DNA from: Vulcanimicrobiota bacterium
Lineage (GTDB): Bacteria; Vulcanimicrobiota; Vulcanimicrobiia; Vulcanimicrobiales; Vulcanimicrobiaceae
Reading direction: 5' to 3'
NCBI GenBank assembly: GCA_963695225.1
Contig: OY968762.1
Coordinates: forward strand, 1,664,001-1,728,000
DNA: 64,000 bases
Shown here: positions 1 through 9,150 of the stretch, piece after piece
Layout: every line of letters starts with the position of its first letter
Numbering within the stretch: the first letter of the stretch is position 1
Notes under the pieces: generated by a model
Told to the model about the DNA's origin: nothing
The model's input: only the letters and a program-made list of their open reading frames with translations
Databases searched by the model: none
Translations under genes and position numbers: made by a program

Positions 1-2616
1 GTCGTTCATTCCCAGCGGCTTCAATCCCAGCAGGTCTTCGATCGTTCGCAAGACGTTGACCGTCGTATACGCAGTGTGCACGACGGCATGGCGCTTCGTA
101 TAGGCCGAGATCACGTACGCGATCGAACGGTGCCCGTCAACGTGATCGGGCCCGTTCTGCGAATCGTCCTCGAGCACGAAGATCGCGGTATCCTTCCAAT
201 AGCGCGAAGCCGCCACGTCCGCGACCAACCGGCCCAGCGCGTAGTCGTCGTCGGCGAACTGGAGGGTCGGCGTGGTCAACCCCTCGATCGCCGTCTCGAA
301 GCTGCCGAAGTGGTCGTGGTTGATCGTCATCACTTCGAGATCCGGCAGGTTTCCGACGGCGACGAATCCGCTGAACTCGCGCTCCCACTCCTCGATTCTG
401 AACGTGTCCGGGTACCGCTGATCGAACGCGCGGAAATAGACGTCGGTTCGGCCGCGCAAATTCGCCGCAGCCGGGACCGACTGCGGCACCTGCGCCTCGA
501 ACGGATGCCGCACCAGCGCCGGGTCGAACGGCGTGCCGGATTCGTAATAGTTGAAGTCGCTCTGCCAGCCGTAATTGCGCACGGTCTTACCAGCCCGCAA
601 CGCGGCATCCCAGAGATAGCCGCCTACGGCGCCGGTCGCATCGTCGTACGAGCCTTCGGTTTCGGCGACGTCCTTTGCGCCGGGAAGGATCGAAGAAGCT
701 CCGCTGGGATCGAGCAATCCCGTCACGCGCGAATCTTCGATCGTCGCACCGGTCTGCGGCAAGGCGACGTTGACGTTGCGATTCGTGCCTTGATAATCGT
801 ACGTGAGGCCGTGGAAATTCGCGTTGCCGTAGAGCACCGATTGCGACTTCTCGGTGAAATCCGTCGTGTGCCCGGCCATCGTCCAGTTCCAGCCGACGCC
901 GCTCGATTCGCCCGGATCGTAGAAGTTGTCGAGCGCCACGAACTCGCTCGCAAGCGCATGATGGTTCGGCCCGACGGCCTTCGGAAAGAGGTTGAGCCGC
1001 GGGTCGCCGTTCGTGCCGGGCAGATCGCCGAGTACCTGATCGTACGTGCGGTTCTCTTTGACGACGTAGATGACGTGCTTGATCTTGCCTCGCAGCGACT
1101 GCATCGTCGCGTCGGGGCGCCGGTTGGAGAGCCCGTTGTTGTTGAGGACGACGCGCGTGAGGTGCTCGAGTTGGGCGCCGCCCGGCAGCGGGATCACGAG
1201 CAATCCGGCCTTTTCCTTGGCCCAGTTGTAGTCGTTTCGGTGCGTGGCGTTCGAGGCGGTGCCGAAGGCGGTCGTACGCGAGTTCGCCGGATTCGGCCCG
1301 ACGTTGCTCTTCGCGTTCACCACGTAGAGCGTCTTGCCGTCCTTGCCTACGCTCACCGAGTTCGGATACCAGCCCGTCGGTATCAATCCGATGACTCGGC
1401 CCGAGGGCAAGCTCACGACGGCCACCGCGTTCTCGCCGCCCAGCGTCACGTATAGGCGGTCGCCCTCGCGGCCGAGCGCGAGCGAGTTGGGATTCGCGCC
1501 GCGATACGGATCGTTCGGATGCAGCGCGATGACCCGCGCGACGCGATCGGAGGCGGTATCGATCAGCGCGATCGAGTCGTCGTTGCCGTCGCTGACGTAG
1601 AGCGTCTTCTGATCCGCCGAGAGCAGCAGGCGATTCGGCCCGCTCGGCACCGCGATCGTCTTGAAGGTTCCGTCCGCCGCGACCGCGATGACCTGGTCGT
1701 CGCGCTGGCTGCTCACGTAGATCTCGCGGACGCTGCCGTCCGGACCAGATCTCACGGCGATCCAATACGGATACTCGCCGCGTGCCTCCGGCTGGCCCGG
1801 CAGGAAGAATTTGACTTCCGCGACCGGCTTGCGCGTCGCGGTATCGGCCAGCGTGATCGAGTCGTTTTCGAAGTTTGCCGCGACGAGCGTCTTGCCGTCC
1901 GCGCTGACGCCGATCCCGGCGACGACGGCGCCGGTCTGCAGCCGGCCGCCGCTCTTTGCTGCGGCCGGCGTACCGTTGAGGATGCCGCCGTCGTAGTTCG
2001 GGAAGGGCGCCGTGCCGTTCGTGTCATGCCCGAGGATGAAAAACGGCGGGTCGGCGACGAACGCGCCGGCCGTTTCCTTGAAGACGTAGACCCTGTCGTC
2101 GATGCCGCCCGAGACGTAGAAGCTCTTCCCGCTCGGATCCCAAACGAGGCCGGCGTAGGTGTTGGGGATGTCGATCTGCGCCAGTTTCTTCGGCACGGCG
2201 CCCGTGACGTCGTAAACGAATACCCATTCCGCGTTCGACGTCGTCGTCGCAGTCGGCGCGCCGGTCACCGGGTCGAGCACCGGATGCACGATCGGGGCTC
2301 CGGTCGATTCGTCGGAAAACCGTAGGTTGTAGCCGCTCGTCAGCACCAGCAGCTTCGTGCCGTCGGGGCTGAGTGCCGTCGTGACGGCTTCGGCCGCGTC
2401 GGCGTTCCGATCGGAACGCAAGCCCGTCGAGAGTGCGTACGTGCGCGAGCCCGGGGCGGCCGTCGCGGTAATGAACTGCCCGGTGGGGATCCGCACCGCT
2501 CCGGGCGGGGCCGCCATGGCCGGCCGTTGCGCTTCCGCCGTCGCCGCAGCGACCGGACCGGCCCCGATGCCGAACAGCGCAGCGCAAACGAGTGCCTGAA
2601 CGAGACGCGGACGCAT
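1..2616 (-). CDS. Secreted YncE-like beta-propeller / alkaline-phosphatase-superfamily phosphoesterase (3' end runs off the window)
   Basis: Not in the ORF track because no stop lies in the window. Hand translation from ATG 2616 (SD GGGGAGAAG) gives signal peptide MRPRLVQALVCAALFGIGAG.., propeller repeats, IRENRTYDQVLGD, EDDSQNGPDHVDGHRSIAYVISAY, YTTVNVLRTIEDLLGLKPLGMND. Confidence 0.85.
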   Translation of the reverse strand, partial: MRPRLVQALVCAALFGIGAGPVAAATAEAQRPAMAAPPGAVRIPTGQFITATAAPGSRTYALSTGLRSDRNADAAEAVTTALSPDGTKLLVLTSGYNLRFSDESTGAPIVHPVLDPVTGAPTATTTSNAEWVFVYDVTGAVPKKLAQIDIPNTYAGLVWDPSGKSFYVSGGIDDRVYVFKETAGAFVADPPFFILGHDTNGTAPFPNYDGGILNGTPAAAKSGGRLQTGAVVAGIGVSADGKTLVAANFENDSITLADTATRKPVAEVKFFLPGQPEARGEYPYWIAVRSGPDGSVREIYVSSQRDDQVIAVAADGTFKTIAVPSGPNRLLLSADQKTLYVSDGNDDSIALIDTASDRVARVIALHPNDPYRGANPNSLALGREGDRLYVTLGGENAVAVVSLPSGRVIGLIPTGWYPNSVSVGKDGKTLYVVNAKSNVGPNPANSRTTAFGTASNATHRNDYNWAKEKAGLLVIPLPGGAQLEHLTRVVLNNNGLSNRRPDATMQSLRGKIKHVIYVVKENRTYDQVLGDLPGTNGDPRLNLFPKAVGPNHHALASEFVALDNFYDPGESSGVGWNWTMAGHTTDFTEKSQSVLYGNANFHGLTYDYQGTNRNVNVALPQTGATIEDSRVTGLLDPSGASSILPGAKDVAETEGSYDDATGAVGGYLWDAALRAGKTVRNYGWQSDFNYYESGTPFDPALVRHPFEAQVPQSVPAAANLRGRTDVYFRAFDQRYPDTFRIEEWEREFSGFVAVGNLPDLEVMTINHDHFGSFETAIEGLTTPTLQFADDDYALGRLVADVAASRYWKDTAIFVLEDDSQNGPDHVDGHRSIAYVISAYTKRHAVVHTAYTTVNVLRTIEDLLGLKPLGMND

Positions 2617-2794
2617 TCTTCTCCCCACGTTTCCCCTCGACGAGCGAACGAACGAACGTACGAAGCTACTGTAGGCATCGAGCCTTAAGGCTCGATTAGC
2701 GTCGCATCACCGCCTGTCGCGATCCGCCGTCTGCGAGCGCCCGCGACGCCCGCATCCGCCGGCGCCTCTCAACATGCGGCCAATGCCCCTCGTA

Positions 2795-2808
2795 AATTGT
2801 ATACAATT
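2795..2808. promoter_or_regulatory. Perfect palindrome AATTGTATACAATT, candidate GntR (FadR-subfamily) operator; related half-match at 2872-2883
   Basis: 14-bp AT-rich palindrome in the divergent intergenic region next to a GntR/FCD gene; GTATAC core is typical of this subfamily. Confidence 0.65.
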
Positions 2809-2887
2809 CTCAAACCGAAAGAGTGTGACGGGGCATAAACTCATATTTTACTAGGCGAAGCTGAGCACTATATCGTATACATTCCGC

Positions 2888-3565
2888 ATGAGCACCCTCG
2901 ATCGCGAAGAGCAACCCGGGCGGCCCCTCACGGGCCGGTCCCCGGACGATCTGTTCGAAGCGCTCCGCGAATCGATCCTGACGTGCCGCCGCGCCCCCGG
3001 CGAACGCCTGATCCAAGAGGAACTCGCGGCCGAGTTCGGCACGAGCCGCATCCCTCTGCGCGAGGCGCTCCGCCGCCTAGAGGGCGAGGGGCTCGTCGTG
3101 ATCGCGCCGCACCGCGGTGCAATCGTGCGGCCTTTCGTCCCGAAGGACGTCGCCGATCTCTACGAAGTGCGGCTCGCGCTCGAAACCCTCGCGGTTCGGC
3201 GCGCTTCGGCGCGTTTCACGGATCTCGAGCCCGCGCTCAGCCGCTACCTTTCGCGTAGCAAACGGGCCGCCGCCGTAAACGATTCCTCAGCGCTCTTCCA
3301 CATCGATCGCGACTTTCACGCCGATCTCGCCGCCGCCGCCGATAACCCGCACCTCTCGTCCGTGCTCGGCTCGCTCTGGTCGCAGGTCATACGCGCGATG
3401 CACGCCTTCTTCAGCCACGCGGACTACGGCGAGGACACTTGGAGCGACCACACCGCAATCGCTTCCGCCGTCAAACGCGGCGACGGCGACGGCGCCGTCG
3501 CCGTCCTCAAGCGCCACATCAACGATAGCCGCGACAACATCCTGACGTTCCTCCGTTCGCACTAG
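2888..3565 (+). CDS. GntR-family transcriptional regulator (wHTH + FCD domain)
   Basis: PGERLIQEELAAEFGTSRIPLREALRRLEGEGLV; FCD motifs DRDFH, NPHL, DHTAI. Confidence 0.93.
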   Translation: MSTLDREEQPGRPLTGRSPDDLFEALRESILTCRRAPGERLIQEELAAEFGTSRIPLREALRRLEGEGLVVIAPHRGAIVRPFVPKDVADLYEVRLALETLAVRRASARFTDLEPALSRYLSRSKRAAAVNDSSALFHIDRDFHADLAAAADNPHLSSVLGSLWSQVIRAMHAFFSHADYGEDTWSDHTAIASAVKRGDGDGAVAVLKRHINDSRDNILTFLRSH

Positions 3566-3613
3566 ACCCGGACCGCCGCGCCCGCGGCCGGGCGCCGTAC
3601 GCTCGGGCGGGGC

Positions 3614-4039
3614 CTAGAGCGAAAACTGCAGGCCGAGGAATGCCGTCGAGCCGACGCTGCCCGTGACGCCCTGATAATACCGGACGACGGCCGACGTGTG
3701 CGGCGCGATCCCCTCCCTCAAGAGCACGTCGAGAATGAGCCCGGTGTCGCCGTCGGCGTTCAGCTTCCCGAACCCACCGCCGAATCCGATGTGAAGCGGC
3801 CCCGGCGGAAGGATCTCGCCGGTCAGCGCGTAGCGGCTTCCGGACGAGAACGGAAGCGCGAGCGAGAGTTGCGTGGCGAGCGGCGCAAACGTGGGGCCGG
3901 TCAGCGACAACACGGCACCGCCGTTCGGGCCCGTCGTGAACAAGCCGCCCGCTATCGAGGTTTCAGCCGCAGCCGGTACGGTCGCGACCGCCATGAACGC
4001 GGCAAGCGCAGCCGATGCGACGATGTTCGGGAATCTCAT
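3614..4039 (-). CDS. Small secreted protein, possible small outer-membrane beta-barrel
   Basis: Signal peptide (..VPAAA-ET), SD GGAG, alternating hydrophobic strands, C-terminal AFLGLQFSL. Confidence 0.65.
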   Translation of the reverse strand: MRFPNIVASAALAAFMAVATVPAAAETSIAGGLFTTGPNGGAVLSLTGPTFAPLATQLSLALPFSSGSRYALTGEILPPGPLHIGFGGGFGKLNADGDTGLILDVLLREGIAPHTSAVVRYYQGVTGSVGSTAFLGLQFSL

Positions 4040-4245
4040 TCTCTACGAAGCTCCTTCATTGTAGCCAAAACATTGCGGCCGGCCGCGCGTGCGACGACAA
4101 AAGACGGCGCGAGCGGCCTGACGTTCAGTATTCTGCCGGCATGCTCTCCCGGCCTCGCCGCGCGCCGTCGCCCGCTGCGCCGTCTTGCAAGTAAGGACCG
4201 GCGCCACGAAGAAACCGAACCCGTCATGACTTTGCCGAGGCTTCC

Positions 4246-5679
4246 GTGATCGGCCGCCGGCTGCCGATCGTCGTTTACGGCGCCTTGCTCGTTACCGTTC
4301 TCAGCACGCAGCCGAGCGCCGCGCAGCCGCTCAGTTTCGATGATGCGCGAGCGGCCGCTCAGAGCGGATCCGCGAAAGTCGCAGCCGCCGCCGACCTCGT
4401 CGACGCAAGCCGCCACGCTGCGGAGTCGACGAAGACGCTCCACCGGGCGTTCGTCTCCGCCGATCTGACGATGCTGCGCTACCAGAAGACCGTCTACACC
4501 TCGACCGACGATCTCGAGACCGCGCTCGCTCAGATCGGGACCGGGAACGCCTTCACGATTTCGATACCGGGCATCGGGCCGATCACGCTTCCGTTCGCCC
4601 AGCTGCCCCAGCGGAACTTCGCCTTCCAGCTTGCGAAGAGCGCGGGCACACCGCAGCTGACGGCCGCGGTTCCGATCTTCGCCGGCGGACGGATCGAAGC
4701 GGCCCAAGGCCTGGCGCAGAGCGCGGTCGCGAGCGCTCGCGCCGACGAACGTGCGGTGCGGCAGACGGTCGATAGCGAGCTCGTCATGCGCTATTTCGGG
4801 CTGCAACTTGCGAGCATCGCCGAACGGACGGCGGCGCAAACCGTCGACGATCTCACTCGCCGGCTCGACGCCGTGCAGATCGAACAACGCCAGGGCATCG
4901 CAACGCCGCTCGTCCGCCTCGAAGCCTCCGCCGCGCTCGATCGCGCGCGTCTGGTAGCAGCCCGGGCGCGGCGCGAGCGCGACGACGCGCAGGGCGCGCT
5001 CGACCGCTTCTTGCAGAGCGGGCAGCCCGTGGTCCCCACGACGCCGCTCTTCATCAATACGACGAACCTCGAACCCGTCGAGACGTTCGTCGCGGGAGCG
5101 CTCGAGCACGGCGCAGCGTTCCAGCAAATCGGCGCGCGCCGCGCGCAGAGCGGCGAACTTGAACGGCTCGCGCGCGCGCAATTCTCACCTCAAATCCTGG
5201 GCGTCGGTTCGTATGCGATCGATCGCCGGAAGTCGGACTTGTTGCAACCCGATTGGCTCGTCGGCGTCGTCGCGCAGTTCACGATCCTCGATCCGGTCGA
5301 CCGCGGGCAACTCGTCGCCGCGGCGCGCGATGCGCGCCGGGCCGCGGAGGACGCCGATGCGGCCGCTCGCGTCGAAGTGGAGACGCTCGTCCGAAGGAGC
5401 TACGACGAAGTCCTCAACCAGCGCGACGCCTATCTCCTCTCCGCATCCTCGATCGCCGCCGCCGCCGAAGCCGTGCGCGTGCAGGAAGAGCGCCTGCACT
5501 ACGGGCAAGGGCGCCCGCTCGACGTCGTCGACGCGAAACTGAGGCTCGCGACCGCACAGACGGAGCGCGCGAAAGACGCTTTCGCCTACGATGTCGCGCT
5601 CGCGACGCTGCTGCAGGCGACGGGGCAGACGGAGCGTTTCGGCGAGTACGCAAGGCACGCCGAGGTCGTGGTCCGCTGA
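4246..5679 (+). CDS. TolC-family outer-membrane efflux protein
   Basis: Signal peptide, two OEP-like helical repeats (PIFAGGRI; LDVVDAK), first gene of an efflux operon. Confidence 0.85.
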   Translation: MIGRRLPIVVYGALLVTVLSTQPSAAQPLSFDDARAAAQSGSAKVAAAADLVDASRHAAESTKTLHRAFVSADLTMLRYQKTVYTSTDDLETALAQIGTGNAFTISIPGIGPITLPFAQLPQRNFAFQLAKSAGTPQLTAAVPIFAGGRIEAAQGLAQSAVASARADERAVRQTVDSELVMRYFGLQLASIAERTAAQTVDDLTRRLDAVQIEQRQGIATPLVRLEASAALDRARLVAARARRERDDAQGALDRFLQSGQPVVPTTPLFINTTNLEPVETFVAGALEHGAAFQQIGARRAQSGELERLARAQFSPQILGVGSYAIDRRKSDLLQPDWLVGVVAQFTILDPVDRGQLVAAARDARRAAEDADAAARVEVETLVRRSYDEVLNQRDAYLLSASSIAAAAEAVRVQEERLHYGQGRPLDVVDAKLRLATAQTERAKDAFAYDVALATLLQATGQTERFGEYARHAEVVVR

Positions 5680-6662
5680 TGAGCGCCGCCGTTCGCGACC
5701 GAATCGTCGCCCTCGTCGCCGTCGCGCTCGCCCTGGCGCTCCTCGCCATCGGCATGGCGAAAGCGTACCGGCAGGAGCCCCCGGTGATCGAAGGGATGAT
5801 CGACGCAACGAAGATCGACGTCGGTTCGAAGGTCGCCGGGCGCGTCGCGAGCGTCGACGTCCGCCTCGGCGATACCGTGCGACCCGGGCAGCGCCTCTTC
5901 ACGATCGACAGCCCCGAGATTCGCGCCACGCTCGAATCGGCGCGCGGCGTCGAGCAGACCGCTACGGCAATCGAAAGCCGCGCGAAGAACGGATTTCGCC
6001 GCGAAGCGGTGTCGGCGGCCCTCGCCCAAGCGAACAGCGCGGCCGAAGCGGCGCGTCTCGCCGAGATCACGTACCGGCGCACGCAAGCGCTGTACGACCG
6101 GCAAGTCACCTCGCGACAGATGCGCGACGCCGCGTACACCGCCTGGCGAGTCGCCGTCGCGCAAGCGGAATCCGCGCGCCAGGTTCACGCCGGCTTGCAA
6201 GCCGGAGCGCGCGCCGAAGACATCGCCGCGGCCTCCGGCGGCGTCGAGACCTCCCGCGGCGCCGTCGCGCTCGCGAGCGCGCAGAACACCGATACCGTGG
6301 TCACGGCACCAGTCGGCGGCGAGGTGACCGCGCTCGAGACGCACCAGGGCGAGATCGCGCCGCAGGGGTACCCGGTCGTCAGCATCCTCGACACGAGCGA
6401 CGAGTGGGCGAGCTTCAACGTTCGCGAGGATCAGCTCGGCGCGTTCAAGCAAGGAACGCAGATCGTCGCGCGCGTCCCCGCGCTCGAAAACGCGCGCTTG
6501 CGCTTCCGCGTTTACTATCAGGCCGCGCTCGGCACGTTCGCGACCGAGCGGTCGACGCGCACGACGAGCGGCGACGATCTCCGCACGTTCGAAGTCCGCG
6601 CGCGCCCGCTCGAGCGCCGGGCCGAGCTCAAGTCCGGCATGAGTTTGATCGTGGATCGCTGA
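5679..6662 (+). CDS. HlyD-family periplasmic adaptor subunit
   Basis: Start re-assigned to ATG 5679 (TGATG overlap); N-terminal TM, lipoyl-like VGSKVAGRVASVDVRLGDTV, coiled coil, DLRTFEVRARP. Confidence 0.9.
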   Translation: MSAAVRDRIVALVAVALALALLAIGMAKAYRQEPPVIEGMIDATKIDVGSKVAGRVASVDVRLGDTVRPGQRLFTIDSPEIRATLESARGVEQTATAIESRAKNGFRREAVSAALAQANSAAEAARLAEITYRRTQALYDRQVTSRQMRDAAYTAWRVAVAQAESARQVHAGLQAGARAEDIAAASGGVETSRGAVALASAQNTDTVVTAPVGGEVTALETHQGEIAPQGYPVVSILDTSDEWASFNVREDQLGAFKQGTQIVARVPALENARLRFRVYYQAALGTFATERSTRTTSGDDLRTFEVRARPLERRAELKSGMSLIVDR

Positions 6663-7816
6663 TGCTCGCCGCGTTCGCGCGCGAGCTCGCGTTCCTGCGC
6701 CGCAGCCCCTGGGATCTCGCGCTGGCGGTGCTCTTCCCGGTACTCTCGATCGTCCTGACGATTTGGATCTTCTCGAGCGGAACGCCGCGCCACGTACCGA
6801 TCGCGATCGTCGACGAGGATGCCTCGGCGCTTTCCCGCCTGCTGGCGCGCGATATCTCGGCGGTCCCCGGGTTGCGCGTCGCGTACCGGCCGGCAAACTT
6901 CCGCGAGGCGATGACGCTCGTGCGGCAAGGTGAAGCGTACGCCGTCGTCCTGATCCCGCGCGAGACGGAGCGAAACGTTCTGCGCGGACGGCAAGCGCAC
7001 GTCGTCGCCTACGCGAACGCGATGTACGCGCTCCCGGCCGGCAACATCGCGCGCGAATTGCAGGAGATCGTTGCCGAAACTTCTGCGACCGCCGCCGTCA
7101 TCGTGCGCGGAAAGCACAAGACGCCGTTTGTCGAAGCGCTCGCTCAAACGATTCCGGTCTCGCTCGATCTGGTCTCGCTCTACAACGCGCGCACGAGCTA
7201 CGAACCTTTTCTGGCCGACGCGCTCGTCCCCTCGCTGCTGCAGCTCCTGCTCGTCCTGGCGACCGTCTCGGCGTTCGGCCGCGAATTGCGCGACGGGACC
7301 GCCGGCGAGTGGCTCGCCGCCGCCGGCGGGAACACCGCCGCGGCGATCGCGGGGAAGGCGCTTCCGTATTTCGCCGCGTGGTGCGTCTACGGCTGCGGAA
7401 GCACCCTGTATCTCGCCGCGCGCAACGGTTGGGCGTACGGGCTCGAGACCGTCCTCGCGGGAACGGTCCTGTTCGTCGCCGCGTATCTCGGGCTATCGCT
7501 CGCGATCGTCGGCATCTGCGCGAACTTGCGCGTCGCGCTCAGCGCCGGCTCGATCGTCTCGTCCCCCGCGTTCGCGTACGCCGGCATCTCGTTTCCGCAG
7601 CAGGCCATGGTCCCGTTCGCGCGTTGGTGGTCCGAGGCGACGCCGCTGACGTGGTACTTGCGCCTGCGCGTCGAGCAGTTGCAATTTCACGCAGCGCCCG
7701 CAGCCGCGACGTACGAATTGGCTTCCCTCTCCGCCGCCGCGTGCTTCGGCTTCGGGCTCGGCGTCCTCACGCTCGGCTCGCTCGCGCGCTCGCCGGAAGC
7801 GTGGTACAAGCGCTGA
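6662..7816 (+). CDS. ABC-2 type transporter permease
   Basis: ATG 6662 (TGATG overlap); VPIAIVDEDASALSRLLAR periplasmic motif, multiple TMs, GISFP. Confidence 0.88.
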   Translation: MLAAFARELAFLRRSPWDLALAVLFPVLSIVLTIWIFSSGTPRHVPIAIVDEDASALSRLLARDISAVPGLRVAYRPANFREAMTLVRQGEAYAVVLIPRETERNVLRGRQAHVVAYANAMYALPAGNIARELQEIVAETSATAAVIVRGKHKTPFVEALAQTIPVSLDLVSLYNARTSYEPFLADALVPSLLQLLLVLATVSAFGRELRDGTAGEWLAAAGGNTAAAIAGKALPYFAAWCVYGCGSTLYLAARNGWAYGLETVLAGTVLFVAAYLGLSLAIVGICANLRVALSAGSIVSSPAFAYAGISFPQQAMVPFARWWSEATPLTWYLRLRVEQLQFHAAPAAATYELASLSAAACFGFGLGVLTLGSLARSPEAWYKR

Positions 7817-8964
7817 TGCGCATCTTCCGCGCGTATCTCGACACGCTCGTGGCGATCGGCCGCGACTTCGGCCTCCTGACGATCCTCGTCGGAGCGCCGA
7901 TCTTCTATTCGTTCCTCTACCCGCTGCCCTATAAGAACGAGACCGTCACGCGGATCCCGGTGGCCGTCGTCGACCAAGACGCCTCCGCGCTCAGCCGCCG
8001 AATCGCCCGCGACGTCGCCGCGAATCCGCGGCTGCGCCTGGTCGCGATCTATCCGAACGTCGAGGAGGCGCGGCGCGCGCTCGTCGACGGACGCATCCTC
8101 GGCGCGCTGATCCTGCCGCGCGATCTCGAGCGCGACGTCGAACGGCGCCGCCCCGCCCATGCGGTCGCGTTCGGGAACGGCGCGTACTTTCTCGTCGACA
8201 AGACGGTCCTCGGCGCATTCTATTCGAGCGTCCTGACCGTTTCGGCCTCGATCGACGTGCGCTACCGGCTCGCCTCCGGCGCGACGGCGGATCAAGCGCT
8301 CGCGCAGCGCGATCCGCTCGCCTTCGACGCGCGCCCGCTCTTCAATCCGCAGGAAGGATACGCGAACTACGTCGTCCCGGCAGTCGCCATTCTGATCGTC
8401 CATCAAACGATCGTGATCGGGATCGGCATGTTCCTCGGAACGCGGCGCGAGCGGTGGATTCCGCCGGCGTCCTACCCGTTCGCGCAATACCTCGGCGAGA
8501 CGCTCGCGTTCGCGACCGTGGGCTTCGCCTCGTCTCTCTACTATTGCGGCTTCGTCGATTGGTTCTGGGATTATCCGCGCGGCGGGAATCTCGCTGGGAC
8601 GCTCGCGTTCGCAGGGCTCTTCGCGCTCGCGACGTCGATCTTCGGCATGGCGCTGGGGAGCGCGTTCGACCGGCGCGAGCGTTCGATCCAGGTTTGGGTC
8701 TTCACCTCGATCCCGCTCCTCTTCATCAGCGGGTACCCGTGGCCGCCGGGTTCGCTCCCCGGTTTCCTGCGCGTGGCGCGCTGGCTCGTGCCCTCGACGC
8801 CGGGGATCTTGGGCTTCACGAAGCTCGTGCAGATGGACGCTAGTTGGACCGAAGTCCGCACCGAGGTGAGCGCACTCTGCGCGATGATCGCCGTGCTCGC
8901 CGTCCCCGCGTGGCTGTTCGTGAGCAGCAGTCTGCCGCGCGAGCCCGCCGCGCGCGACGCGTAG
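7816..8964 (+). CDS. ABC-2 type transporter permease (second paralogue)
   Basis: ATG 7816 (TGATG overlap); IPVAVVDQDASALSRRIAR, FNPQEGYANYVVP, SGYPWP. Confidence 0.88.
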   Translation: MRIFRAYLDTLVAIGRDFGLLTILVGAPIFYSFLYPLPYKNETVTRIPVAVVDQDASALSRRIARDVAANPRLRLVAIYPNVEEARRALVDGRILGALILPRDLERDVERRRPAHAVAFGNGAYFLVDKTVLGAFYSSVLTVSASIDVRYRLASGATADQALAQRDPLAFDARPLFNPQEGYANYVVPAVAILIVHQTIVIGIGMFLGTRRERWIPPASYPFAQYLGETLAFATVGFASSLYYCGFVDWFWDYPRGGNLAGTLAFAGLFALATSIFGMALGSAFDRRERSIQVWVFTSIPLLFISGYPWPPGSLPGFLRVARWLVPSTPGILGFTKLVQMDASWTEVRTEVSALCAMIAVLAVPAWLFVSSSLPREPAARDA

Positions 8965-9150
8965 CGAACGGGCCGTCGAAAGGCGCGGCGCGAATCTCAA
9001 GCGCGGGGGCATATCCCTAACGGTGGGGTCTGTCCACCCGCACGGGCTTCCATGTCGTAAGGGCCCCGTACGCAATCTGCCAGGGGCTTGGCACTTTGCC
9101 ATGCTAGGGTTCGATCATGCAGCCTGAGGAGCGCGGATGGCATTGAACGG

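Noticed and set aside
76..2325. Long plus-strand ORFs (76..1455, 1519..2325) and similar antisense ORFs throughout (e.g. 12111..15104, 19217..21157, 27793..29451, 47899..49710)
   Set aside because: Arg/Val-rich shadow frames opposite well-supported genes; expected in high-GC DNA
2640..2665. (CGAA)n short repeat
   Set aside because: Only about three units of a word common in this genome
9088..9105. TTGGCAC...TGC resembling a sigma54 promoter
   Set aside because: GG-to-GC spacing is 11 nt, not the required 10
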